From the NCBI GenBank assembly GCA_016186495.1, contig JACPLO010000010.1:26905-90904 (forward strand): a stretch of DNA of 64,000 nucleotides. Reading direction: 5' to 3'. The notes beneath the pieces are model-generated. The model searched no databases and was not told where the DNA came from. It saw nothing but the letters and a program-made list of their open reading frames with translations. Origin of the DNA: Candidatus Niyogibacteria bacterium. Its GTDB lineage: Bacteria; Patescibacteriota; Minisyncoccia; JACROR01. How positions within the stretch are numbered: position 1 is the first letter of the stretch; every line of letters begins with the position of its first letter. Position numbers and translations under genes: made by a program. Of this stretch, positions 21,495 through 29,629 are shown one piece after another.

Positions 21495-22661
21495 ATGATA
21501 AGCGATAAAAATCTTAAAGAAGTTTTAACCCGCGGCGTGAAGAAAATTATAAAAAAAGAAAGTCTGGAAAAAAAATTAGCCTCGGGAAAAATTTTAAGAA
21601 TCAAGCACGGCGTTGATCCCACGACCGCGGATTTGCATTTAGGCTACGCGGTGATTTACCGCAAATTAAAACAGTTCCAGGATTTAGGGCATAAGATAAT
21701 TTTTTTAATCGGCGATTTTACCGGCCGTTTCGGCGACCCTACGGAGCAGGCCGCCGGGCCGCGGCCGATGCGCGATAAAAAAGAAGTTAAAGAATTGGCT
21801 AAAAATTATTTAAAACAAGCGGGAAAAATTCTTGATTTAAAAAAACTTGAAGTAAGACACAACAGCGAATGGTATGACCGAATGAGCGCGGAAGAGCTTC
21901 TTCGTCTAATGTCCCGTTTTACCGCGGCCCGGATGATGGAACGGGATATGTTTCAGGAAAGGATAAAAAAGGGGCTGGATATCGGCCTGCACGAGCCGGT
22001 CTACCCCGCGCTTCAAGGATATGATTCGGTAATGCTGAAATCGGATTTGGCCGTCATCGGCAGCGATCAGGAGTTTAATGAATTTCAAGGCCGGAAAGCG
22101 CAAGAAAAATTCGGCCAAGAACCGCAGGATCTTTTAATTATGCCGCTTTTAACCGGTTTGGACGGCCAAAGAAAAATGAGCCAGAGTTTGGGAAATTATA
22201 TCGGCTTGGTTGAGAATCCTGATTCGCAATACGGAAAAATTATGTCTTTGCCGGATAATTTAACGGAAGAATACGTTATTTTACTGACTGATTTGGATTA
22301 CGGAGAAATAAAAAAACTTCATCCTCGCGACGCGAAAATGCGGTTGGCGCGCGAAATCTTAAAAAATTGCCATGGGGAAAAGGCCGCCGCTGAAGCGGAA
22401 AAAAATTTTAAAAAAGTTTTTCAAAAAGGCGGTTGGCCGGAAAAAATGCCGGAAGTTTTCATAAAATTTCCCGTAAAATTGTCAAAGATTTTGCTTGCCC
22501 GAAAAATAATTCTTTCCAACGCCGAATTCAGGAGATTAGTGAAATCCCAGGGAATTGAAGTTGACCAAAAAATAATTTCTGACGTTAATTTGATAATTGA
22601 TAAGCCAACGGCGGTCAGAATAGGCAAGTTTAGATTTTTAAAGATAAGCTCCGTTAAATAG
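21495..22661 (+). CDS. tyrS: Tyrosine--tRNA ligase
   Basis: GVDPT..DLHLG, IGDFT, Q.YD, GSDQ.FN, KMSQS, S4-like tail. Confidence 0.95.
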   Translation: MISDKNLKEVLTRGVKKIIKKESLEKKLASGKILRIKHGVDPTTADLHLGYAVIYRKLKQFQDLGHKIIFLIGDFTGRFGDPTEQAAGPRPMRDKKEVKELAKNYLKQAGKILDLKKLEVRHNSEWYDRMSAEELLRLMSRFTAARMMERDMFQERIKKGLDIGLHEPVYPALQGYDSVMLKSDLAVIGSDQEFNEFQGRKAQEKFGQEPQDLLIMPLLTGLDGQRKMSQSLGNYIGLVENPDSQYGKIMSLPDNLTEEYVILLTDLDYGEIKKLHPRDAKMRLAREILKNCHGEKAAAEAEKNFKKVFQKGGWPEKMPEVFIKFPVKLSKILLARKIILSNAEFRRLVKSQGIEVDQKIISDVNLIIDKPTAVRIGKFRFLKISSVK

Positions 22662-22683
22662 TTGCGAAGCAAGTTTAATCGGG
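22649..22683. repeat. Short palindromic element overlapping the tyrS stop
   Basis: CTCCGTTAAATAGTTGCGAAGCAAGTTTAATCGGG, near-identical to the reverse complement of 33221-33255. Confidence 0.7.
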
Positions 22684-22695
22684 TAAATTTTAAAT

Positions 22696-22730
22696 AACCA
22701 AAAAGTCCCGCAACGCGGGACTTTTTGGTT
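22696..22730. terminator. Bidirectional rho-independent terminator
   Basis: AACCAAAAAGTCCCGC-AAC-GCGGGACTTTTTGGTT between convergent genes. Confidence 0.85.
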
Positions 22731-22735
22731 TAATT

Positions 22736-22894
22736 TTAGTAATAATTGTCTTCTTCTCCTTCTATTTCTTTTTCATCAATTTCATCAATTTTATCTTCGT
22801 CTTCCATTTCATCAAAATCAGTTATTTCTTTATCTTCTTCTTCTTCTTCTTCGTTATCTTCATTAAAAAGCGTGTTTTTGAAAATAAAATCCAT
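22736..22894 (-). CDS. Small highly acidic protein (52 aa)
   Basis: MDFIFKNTLFNEDNEEEEEEDKE...; followed by a terminator. Confidence 0.55.
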   Translation of the reverse strand: MDFIFKNTLFNEDNEEEEEEDKEITDFDEMEDEDKIDEIDEKEIEGEEDNYY

Positions 22895-22992
22895 ACGCGG
22901 TTTAGTTGATATCTTTGATAAATCGACCCTTTCCCGTTTTTTAACAAACCTATTTATTTTGTAAAGAGGCAAATTTTAATTTTGGGGATAAA

Positions 22993-23072
22993 TCCCGTTA
23001 GAAAGTTCGCAATTTATGTCAAAAGAGACTAAAAAATTAAAAATAGAATCAATTAAGGTTCTTTCAACGGGA
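22993..23072. mobile_element. CCCGTTAG-arm element, 80 nt, TAAA target duplication
   Basis: TAAA|TCCCGTTAGAAAG...CTTTCAACGGGA|TAAA. Confidence 0.8.
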
Positions 23073-23076
23073 TAAA

Positions 23077-23574
23077 TCAATATGGTTTTTGATAGCTGAA
23101 AGCTGTAAGCGCCGTGGCTAAAGCGTCTGTCGCATCATCGTGTTCAGGCGCCGCTTTTAATTTTAAAAGAATTTTAATCATATTCTGGATTTGTTTTTTA
23201 TCCGCCTTGCCGTAGCCGCAGACCGCGACTTTAATTTCCAGCGGCGTATATTCTAAAACCGGCATTTTGGCGATGCTGGCCAGATAAATAGCAATTCCTC
23301 TGGCTTCCGCTACTTGGAGAGCAGTTTTCTGATTGGTGGTAAAAAAAAGTTTTTCAATCGCCATCGCTTCCGGGCGGTGTTTGCTGATTATTTTTTCAAT
23401 TCCTTCGCCGATCCGGCGGATTCGTTCCGGATGGGGTGTTTTGCTTGTTGTTTCAAAACAGCCCATTTCCTCCGCTAAATAATCATTTTTTTTTCGGCTG
23501 ACAACAGCCCAGCCCATTCGTCCGAAACCCGGATCAATCCCGAGAATTTTATTTATCCCGTTAGAAGTTTTCAT
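23077..23574 (-). CDS. ruvC: Holliday junction resolvase RuvC
   Basis: ILGIDPG, AIEKLFF..N, YTP..IK.AV.GYG.ADK.Q, DD..DALA. Confidence 0.97.
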   Translation of the reverse strand: MKTSNGINKILGIDPGFGRMGWAVVSRKKNDYLAEEMGCFETTSKTPHPERIRRIGEGIEKIISKHRPEAMAIEKLFFTTNQKTALQVAEARGIAIYLASIAKMPVLEYTPLEIKVAVCGYGKADKKQIQNMIKILLKLKAAPEHDDATDALATALTAFSYQKPY

Positions 23575-23676
23575 ATGAACGCGTTTTAATGATTAGAAAG
23601 CCGAAGCCCCGCTCTTTTCGCAAAAATGGCTGGGCGAAGGCGAATTCGCTCGCCTTCAGAAATGATACTATCGGGA
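23556..23676. mobile_element. CCCGTTAG-arm element (one degenerate arm) filling the yebC-ruvC spacer
   Basis: TCCCGTTAGAA...TACTATCGGGA; contains the ruvC ATG. Confidence 0.65.
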
Positions 23677-24210
23677 TTATTCCACATTGGTGTAAATTTC
23701 CTGCACATCATCATGATTATCTAATTCTTCTATCAGCTGGTTAAGCGCGGCGGCGTTTTGTTCGTTCAAAACAAGCGGCGTTTTGGTTTTCCATTGGCCG
23801 TTTATTTTTTCAAACGCCCAAATCACCGCGTCGGTTCCCGCTAGTTTGGCATTATGTTTGGAAAGAATGTGCTTTATTTCTGAAACCAGGCGATTTTTGT
23901 TATCCGTGATCGTTTCAATAATAATCGCCGCGCCGCCCGGGCCATAGGCTTCATATCTGGCATTTTCAAGTTTGGCGCCCGCCAGTTGGCCGCCGCCTTT
24001 TTTAATGGCGCGGGCAATATTTTCCGCGGGCAGATTGGCGGCTTTGGCTTTTTCCACGGCCGCGCGAAGTTCGGGATTAGCATTTGGGTCAGCATTTTTT
24101 CTGGCCGCGATTTGAATTATTTTTGCGAGTTTGCCGAAAATTTGCCCGCGTTTGACGTCGGTTTGCGCTTTTTTATGCTTTATTTGCGACCATTTAGAGT
24201 GTCCGCTCAT
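23677..24210 (-). CDS. yebC: YebC/PmpR family protein (short form)
   Basis: [37 protein letters not shown]. Confidence 0.95.
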   Translation of the reverse strand: MSGHSKWSQIKHKKAQTDVKRGQIFGKLAKIIQIAARKNADPNANPELRAAVEKAKAANLPAENIARAIKKGGGQLAGAKLENARYEAYGPGGAAIIIETITDNKNRLVSEIKHILSKHNAKLAGTDAVIWAFEKINGQWKTKTPLVLNEQNAAALNQLIEELDNHDDVQEIYTNVE

Positions 24211-24706
24211 ATTGGTTTAAGATTTGATTTTTCTTTACGTATTCTAAAATAATATTTTTAACTTGCTCGGGATAAGGAATATCTTTAATTATGAAAGATT
24301 GCGCTCCGGCGGTTTGGACCGTAATGTTCCCGAATTTAAAAACAGTGGCGAGAAAATTAGGAATTTCAACGGTGACGTCCTGAACGCGCGAAAGCATAAA
24401 TTCAGAAATCTTTCGTTGAAAAAGTTTTTTTTGCTCAATATCAATAATCCGCTCACTGGTCACAATCCACATATCCAGATAAAAATTCACCCAAAAAATA
24501 AAAGCGACAAGCAAAATAATCAGAACATAAACAGTTAAAATAAACATTGCCAAGACGATGTATTCCGGCAGATAATTGATCGCGGCCGTTAAAATAATAA
24601 CGGCGATTAAAAGCATCACGGCGATCACGGTCATTTTGCCGGCGATGACCAGCCAATGCCGGTGAATGGATAAAATTATTTTTTCTTCCGGTTTTAGATG
24701 GAACAT
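24194..24706 (-). CDS. Membrane protein with bacterial PH domain
   Basis: RHW, two TMs, [27 protein letters not shown]. Confidence 0.8.
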   Translation of the reverse strand: MFHLKPEEKIILSIHRHWLVIAGKMTVIAVMLLIAVIILTAAINYLPEYIVLAMFILTVYVLIILLVAFIFWVNFYLDMWIVTSERIIDIEQKKLFQRKISEFMLSRVQDVTVEIPNFLATVFKFGNITVQTAGAQSFIIKDIPYPEQVKNIILEYVKKNQILNQYERTL

Positions 24707-24709
24707 ATT

Positions 24710-24919
24710 TTAAAGCGGAATTATTTTATTCCATGGCGTTAAAAAAAAGAGCAGAGCGGAAATTATCATAAATATAACAATCGCTCCCAGAAAAATATTA
24801 ATAACCCAGCGATATTTGTCTTGCGGCAGGATATATTGATTGATATTCCAAAAAATCGCGATAATAAATAAAATATAAAATATTATAAATAAAATATAAG
24901 CGATCAGGGGAATAATCAT
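24710..24919 (-). CDS. Small two-TM hypothetical protein
   Basis: Overlaps the ruvB stop by 4 nt; hydrophobic. Confidence 0.65.
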   Translation of the reverse strand: MIIPLIAYILFIIFYILFIIAIFWNINQYILPQDKYRWVINIFLGAIVIFMIISALLFFLTPWNKIIPL

Positions 24920-25938
24920 AATAATTCAGGCTGATTGTTTTTAAGCGGGATTTTGCCGAGATGTTTGAAAGCTTGCGGCGTGGCAAGGCGGCCGCGCGAG
25001 GTTCTTTCAATAAAACCCAGTTGGATCAGATACGGTTCATAGACTTCTTCAATAGTTTCCGCTTCTTCGGAAAGGGAAGCGGCAATGGTTTTTACGCCCA
25101 CCGGGCCGCCGTTGAATTTTTCAATAATGGCTTTAAGAATTTGGCGGTCGTGCGCTTCCAGCCCTTTTTCGTCAATTTCCAAAAGTTTTAACGCGGCAGA
25201 AGCTTCTTTAACGGTAATTTCGGTTATTTTATTGACTTGAGAATAATCCCTGACGCGTTTTAAAAGACGGTTAGCCACCCGGGGCGTGCAGCGGGAACGG
25301 TCGGCGATAAATTCAGCCGCTTCCTGAATCAGGTTTATTTTAAGAATTTTGGCGGAGCGGGAGACGATTTCTTTCATTTCTTTCTGGTTGTAAAAATTAA
25401 GGCGAAAACTGCCGCCGGAAAATCTGGAGCGCAAAGGAGAAGAAAGAAGAGAAATGCGGGTTGTGGCGCCGATCAGAGTAAAAGCCGGCAGCTCCAATTG
25501 AATGGAGCGCGCCGAAGGGCCTTTGCCGATGATAATATCCAAACTGCGGTTTTCCATCGCCGGATAAAGAATTTCTTCCACTGTTTTGTTTAAGCGATGA
25601 ATTTCATCAATAAACAAAATATCGCCTGTTGACAGATTAGTCAAAAGGGAGGCTAAATCTCCCACCCGTTCAATCGCCGGGCCGGAAGTGATTTTAATCG
25701 GCGAGCCGGTTTCTTTGGAAATCAGATGGGCAATGGTGGTTTTTCCCAAACCCGGGGGGCCGTAAAAGAGCAGATGTTCAATGCAATCTCCGCGTTCTTG
25801 AGCCGCTTGGATGAGAATTTTTAAATTATTTTTAATTGTTTCTTGGCCGATATATTCATTCCAGCGCCGGGGACGAAGAGTTAAATCCAGATTTTCATCC
25901 TCATTTGTTTGTTTGGGCGCTATGGTTGAGCTTGACAT
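24916..25938 (-). CDS. ruvB: Holliday junction helicase RuvB
   Basis: LRP, GPPGLGKTT, FIDEIHRL, GATTR, EPYL; ATG at 25938. Confidence 0.98.
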   Translation of the reverse strand: MSSSTIAPKQTNEDENLDLTLRPRRWNEYIGQETIKNNLKILIQAAQERGDCIEHLLFYGPPGLGKTTIAHLISKETGSPIKITSGPAIERVGDLASLLTNLSTGDILFIDEIHRLNKTVEEILYPAMENRSLDIIIGKGPSARSIQLELPAFTLIGATTRISLLSSPLRSRFSGGSFRLNFYNQKEMKEIVSRSAKILKINLIQEAAEFIADRSRCTPRVANRLLKRVRDYSQVNKITEITVKEASAALKLLEIDEKGLEAHDRQILKAIIEKFNGGPVGVKTIAASLSEEAETIEEVYEPYLIQLGFIERTSRGRLATPQAFKHLGKIPLKNNQPELL

Positions 25939-26017
25939 ATTTTTATTATTAATATATAATGCCTCAAAAAGCAAAATCCGGTTGTTATTATTCAGCGATT
26001 ATTTAGTTAGCGCTTTA

Positions 26018-26166
26018 AAGTCTCTAGGCGATATTCCGTTTTTAACGGAATTGGGATTTTCTTTAAAGGGCAATTTGGCGCCATGTTTTACATGGAGAGC
26101 TGGACTGTTTCTTTGGGATGATTCTATCTTATGGTTTTAATCATTTAGTATATTGCCTAGAGACTT
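26018..26166. repeat. 149-nt segment bounded by a 16-bp inverted repeat
   Basis: AAGTCTCTAGGCGATA ... TATTGCCTAGAGACTT (1 mismatch). Confidence 0.6.
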
Positions 26167-26180
26167 AAACGCGTTATCCG

Positions 26181-26351
26181 CCTATTGCCTCGTGCCATTC
26201 GGCACATCGGCAATTTTTTGCTTTCAGCGAAAATCGGATAAAAAACAAAGCAGTTTGCTTTTTACCACCTATTGCCTCGTGCCATTCGGCACATCGGCAA
26301 TTTTTTGCTTTCAGCAAAAATCAGATAAAAAGCAAAGCAGTTTGCTTTTTA
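26181..26351 (-). repeat. Two tandem 87-nt hairpin-rich units at the 3' end of pilB
   Basis: Units start at 26181 and 26268; each contains CAAAGCAGTTTG and CCTCG..CATCG motifs. Confidence 0.85.
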
Positions 26352-28019
26352 TCCCAACACTCTTTCTAATTCTTCCAAACTGCTTTTTCCCGCTAAAACT
26401 TTAAGCGCCGCGTCTTGCCCCATCGTCATCATTCCCTGTTTTTGGGCGATTTTTTTAAATTCTGATTCCAGCGGCATCGGGCCTAAAATAACGCGCTCGG
26501 TTTCGTCATCCACCCGGAAAGCTTCAAAGACGCCGACTCTTCCTTTATAGCCGGTTTGATTGCAAAGTTCGCAGCCCACGGCTTTAAACAGAAAAAGATT
26601 TTTAAAATCCGGTTTTTTTATGTCTGCCGGCAGATCAGCGAGAATTTTTTCCAGCCGCGCTTTTTCTTCGGCGCCGGCTTTTACTTTCTTTTTACATTGT
26701 TGGCAAAGCGTTCTAATAAGGCGCTGGGCCATGGCCATGGTAATCGCCGGCGCGACAATGTTGGGTTTAGCGCCGATGTCAATCAGGCGGGGAATGGTGC
26801 CAAAAGCGTTATTGGTGTGGAGCGTGGAAAAAACCAAATGGCCGGTCAGCGCGGCGTTAAGCGCGGTGCGGGCGGTTTCCAAATCCCTGATTTCTCCCAC
26901 TAAAATAACATCGGGGTCCTGGCGCATAATCGCGCGCAAAGCAGTGGAAAAATCATAACCCTTGTCAAAATTAACTTGAGATTGGCTGATGCCTTCAATA
27001 TGGTATTCTATCGGGTTTTCAATAGTGATAATTTTAATATCCGGCGTAAGAACTTTTTTAATAAAAGCGTAAAGCGTGGTGGTTTTTCCCGAGCCGGTGG
27101 GGCCGGTGGTTAAAATCATTCCGTTCGGCCTTTTGATTTCTTTTTCCATTATTTTCAGCAAGTTTTCCTGCATGCCTAAATTTTCAAAAGAAATAGAGAT
27201 GGTTTTAGGATGGAGGATTCTCATAACGATTGTTTCCCCGTAGGCGCTGGGCAGGACGGAAACCCTTACTTCCACATCCAGATCTTTTATTTTTATGGTA
27301 AAGCGTCCGTCTTGGGCGCGATCAGAAACGTTTAATTTAAGTTTGGCGATTAATTTAAGGCGGGACAGCAAGAGCCGATAAATAAAAAAAGAAAAATCAA
27401 TCACGTTATAAAGCATGCCGTCCAGCCGGAATCTCAAGCGGACTTGTTCTTCTTGCGGTTCAAGATGGATGTCCGAGGCTTCCAGAGCGTAAGCGCCGGC
27501 CAAAATTACTTCCGCGATGTTTGATATTTTTTGAACTTCTTTGGCGTTGAAAAGAGGAGTCAGAATTTTTTGCAGATCAGAAATGTTTTTAATTTCTTTA
27601 AGGTATGTTTCAAGATTTTGAGAAGAGATGCTGATCAGGCCCGCGGAAACAGCTTCAAATTTTGGAATTTCTTCGTATTTTCCCCAAGCTCTTTTTAAGC
27701 TGTTTTCGGAAACCAAAAAAAGCCGGCTTTGGTATAATTCTTTTTTAAGATTTTCCAAAATCGCCTTGGTCAGAGGAAGTTCCGGGTTTTTTACGGCTAC
27801 GCTTATTTTTTTGCCCGTTTTTTGAAAAATCGCCAATTGGCCGTCGCGCGCTTCTTTTTCCGGAATGATTTTTAAAGCGTCTATTTCAATGGTTATCCGG
27901 GAAAGATCGGCGTAAGGCAAGCCATATTTTTGAGAAAGAATTTGCGCTAAATCTTCCGCTTCCTTTTTTTTTATTTCTTTTAGTTTTTCTTCTCTTTTTT
28001 CCGCGAGATTATTGTTCAT
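26349..28019 (-). CDS. pilB: Type IV pilus assembly ATPase PilB/GspE
   Basis: ASDIHLEP, QDGRF, TGPTGSGKTTTLY, RQDPDVILVGEIRD, STLHTN, CxxC pairs. Confidence 0.9.
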   Translation of the reverse strand: MNNNLAEKREEKLKEIKKKEAEDLAQILSQKYGLPYADLSRITIEIDALKIIPEKEARDGQLAIFQKTGKKISVAVKNPELPLTKAILENLKKELYQSRLFLVSENSLKRAWGKYEEIPKFEAVSAGLISISSQNLETYLKEIKNISDLQKILTPLFNAKEVQKISNIAEVILAGAYALEASDIHLEPQEEQVRLRFRLDGMLYNVIDFSFFIYRLLLSRLKLIAKLKLNVSDRAQDGRFTIKIKDLDVEVRVSVLPSAYGETIVMRILHPKTISISFENLGMQENLLKIMEKEIKRPNGMILTTGPTGSGKTTTLYAFIKKVLTPDIKIITIENPIEYHIEGISQSQVNFDKGYDFSTALRAIMRQDPDVILVGEIRDLETARTALNAALTGHLVFSTLHTNNAFGTIPRLIDIGAKPNIVAPAITMAMAQRLIRTLCQQCKKKVKAGAEEKARLEKILADLPADIKKPDFKNLFLFKAVGCELCNQTGYKGRVGVFEAFRVDDETERVILGPMPLESEFKKIAQKQGMMTMGQDAALKVLAGKSSLEELERVLG

Positions 28020-28039
28020 ACGCTTGATTAAATAATAAT

Positions 28040-29128
28040 CTAATCCGAGTTCTTTAACAATTGGCGCAAGTTTTTTTCCGCGGCGGAAAAATTCGGATAA
28101 TCAGGCAAGCGGATGAAATTATTTTGAGGTTTTAAGCCGAGTTTTCGGCTTAAAAAAGAAAATCCGTTTTCGCTTCGGCAATACAGCAATCCTTTAACTT
28201 CTCCTTTTTCTTTCCAAAGCAGAAAATGACGGTCTTTTTCGGCGATTACCCGGTTGAAAGATTTGACTAAAGAAGAGAATAACTCTAAAGACGGCTGGGT
28301 GTTGGTTTTTTGAAAATCCTGTTCGGTAAAAAAAGTCCAAGCGGCGTTTGTTTTTTCATCGGCGTAAGTGCGGGCCAAAGCCCGGCCTAAAAATTGGTTG
28401 GCGGCTGGCCGGGAAAACTGTATTTTTTTTATCGTTTCTTTGTCGGCGCCATTTTCTAAAAATGTTCCGGCTAAGTCCAAAATTTCCTTAGAGGTATTTT
28501 TATTAAAATTTTCCGTTTCCACGATCAGGCAGGCAAAAAGCAAAGTGGCGATTATTTTATTTTGGCAGATTTCTTTTCCCAGCAGTCCGATCAATTCGTT
28601 TATTTTTTGGATTAAAGAATAAGAATGGTCAGGCGAAATAAGAACGATATTTTCTTTGGTTGGCCAGGATTGTTTGTTTTGGATATTTTCCAATTCTTCT
28701 TCTTTTTCAAAAAAAGCAAAAATTGCTTCCGGCGCCGGCATTATTTTTTGGATGGAAATTTCTTGAGAATTTATCTCGCCGGATTTCGGGGTAATGGAAA
28801 AAACGAGAAAATCATCCTCTTCATCATAGCTGGCTTCGGCGATGCCGTTTTTTTTTGGAATTTTTATTTTCAACGTCGGCGTTATCGCGGATTTTTCAGA
28901 ATTTGGCAAAGAAATTATTTCTTGCCATTTTAATTTTAAATCCGTTGATTTTTCTTCGCCGTTAATTACATTCTTTCCGGCGTTTTCCAAAGCTAAACGC
29001 AAAGCTTCTTTAGCTAAAAATTCTTCTTCTCGGGGATTTGGCCGCAAGAATAATTTAAAATTTTTTTTGTTTAAGATAGTTTTTATTTTTTTGAGTTTTT
29101 CGCCGTCCATTGCGGTTATTTTTAACAT
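28040..29128 (-). CDS. Degenerate DHH/NrnA-like protein
   Basis: IATLLFACLIVETENF...T...A..L...GAD and LGRALAR resemble CPR DHH proteins, but no DHH motif is visible. Confidence 0.5.
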   Translation of the reverse strand: MLKITAMDGEKLKKIKTILNKKNFKLFLRPNPREEEFLAKEALRLALENAGKNVINGEEKSTDLKLKWQEIISLPNSEKSAITPTLKIKIPKKNGIAEASYDEEDDFLVFSITPKSGEINSQEISIQKIMPAPEAIFAFFEKEEELENIQNKQSWPTKENIVLISPDHSYSLIQKINELIGLLGKEICQNKIIATLLFACLIVETENFNKNTSKEILDLAGTFLENGADKETIKKIQFSRPAANQFLGRALARTYADEKTNAAWTFFTEQDFQKTNTQPSLELFSSLVKSFNRVIAEKDRHFLLWKEKGEVKGLLYCRSENGFSFLSRKLGLKPQNNFIRLPDYPNFSAAEKNLRQLLKNSD

Positions 29129-29172
29129 TTAGCGCCGTGTTTTTCAAGATAAAAAATGATAAGATGAAATTG

Positions 29173-29628
29173 ATGAAAGAAATAAAAATTATCACCAAAA
29201 AAACCAAAGAAACTCAAATTTTGGCCGGATTTTTGGCTCAGGAATGTTTAAAGGTTTCTTTGGGAAAAAGGGCGTTAGTCATCGGCTTGGAAGGCGAATT
29301 AGGCGCAGGAAAAACTTATTTCGTCAAAGGATTTGCCGAAGGTTTAGGCGTTAAGGAAACAGTGGTCAGCCCGACTTTTGTTTTGCTTAAAATTTTTAAA
29401 CTATTCCGAAAAAAATTCAAACAGCTTATCCATATTGACGCTTATCGGGTAAATTTCAGAAAAGAGCTTCAGGCGCTCGGCTGGGAAAAATTCTTAAAAG
29501 ATCCTCAAAATATAATTATCATTGAATGGGCGGATAAAGCGCGCGGAATTTTACCGAAAAATTATCTTCAGGTAAAGTTTAAACATTTTAAGGAAGATGA
29601 GAGAAAAATAATTTTTAAAATAAAATAA
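29173..29628 (+). CDS. tsaE: tRNA threonylcarbamoyladenosine ATPase TsaE
   Basis: GELGAGKT, SPTF, HIDAYR, IEWA. Confidence 0.95.
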   Translation: MKEIKIITKKTKETQILAGFLAQECLKVSLGKRALVIGLEGELGAGKTYFVKGFAEGLGVKETVVSPTFVLLKIFKLFRKKFKQLIHIDAYRVNFRKELQALGWEKFLKDPQNIIIIEWADKARGILPKNYLQVKFKHFKEDERKIIFKIK

Positions 29629-29629
29629 A

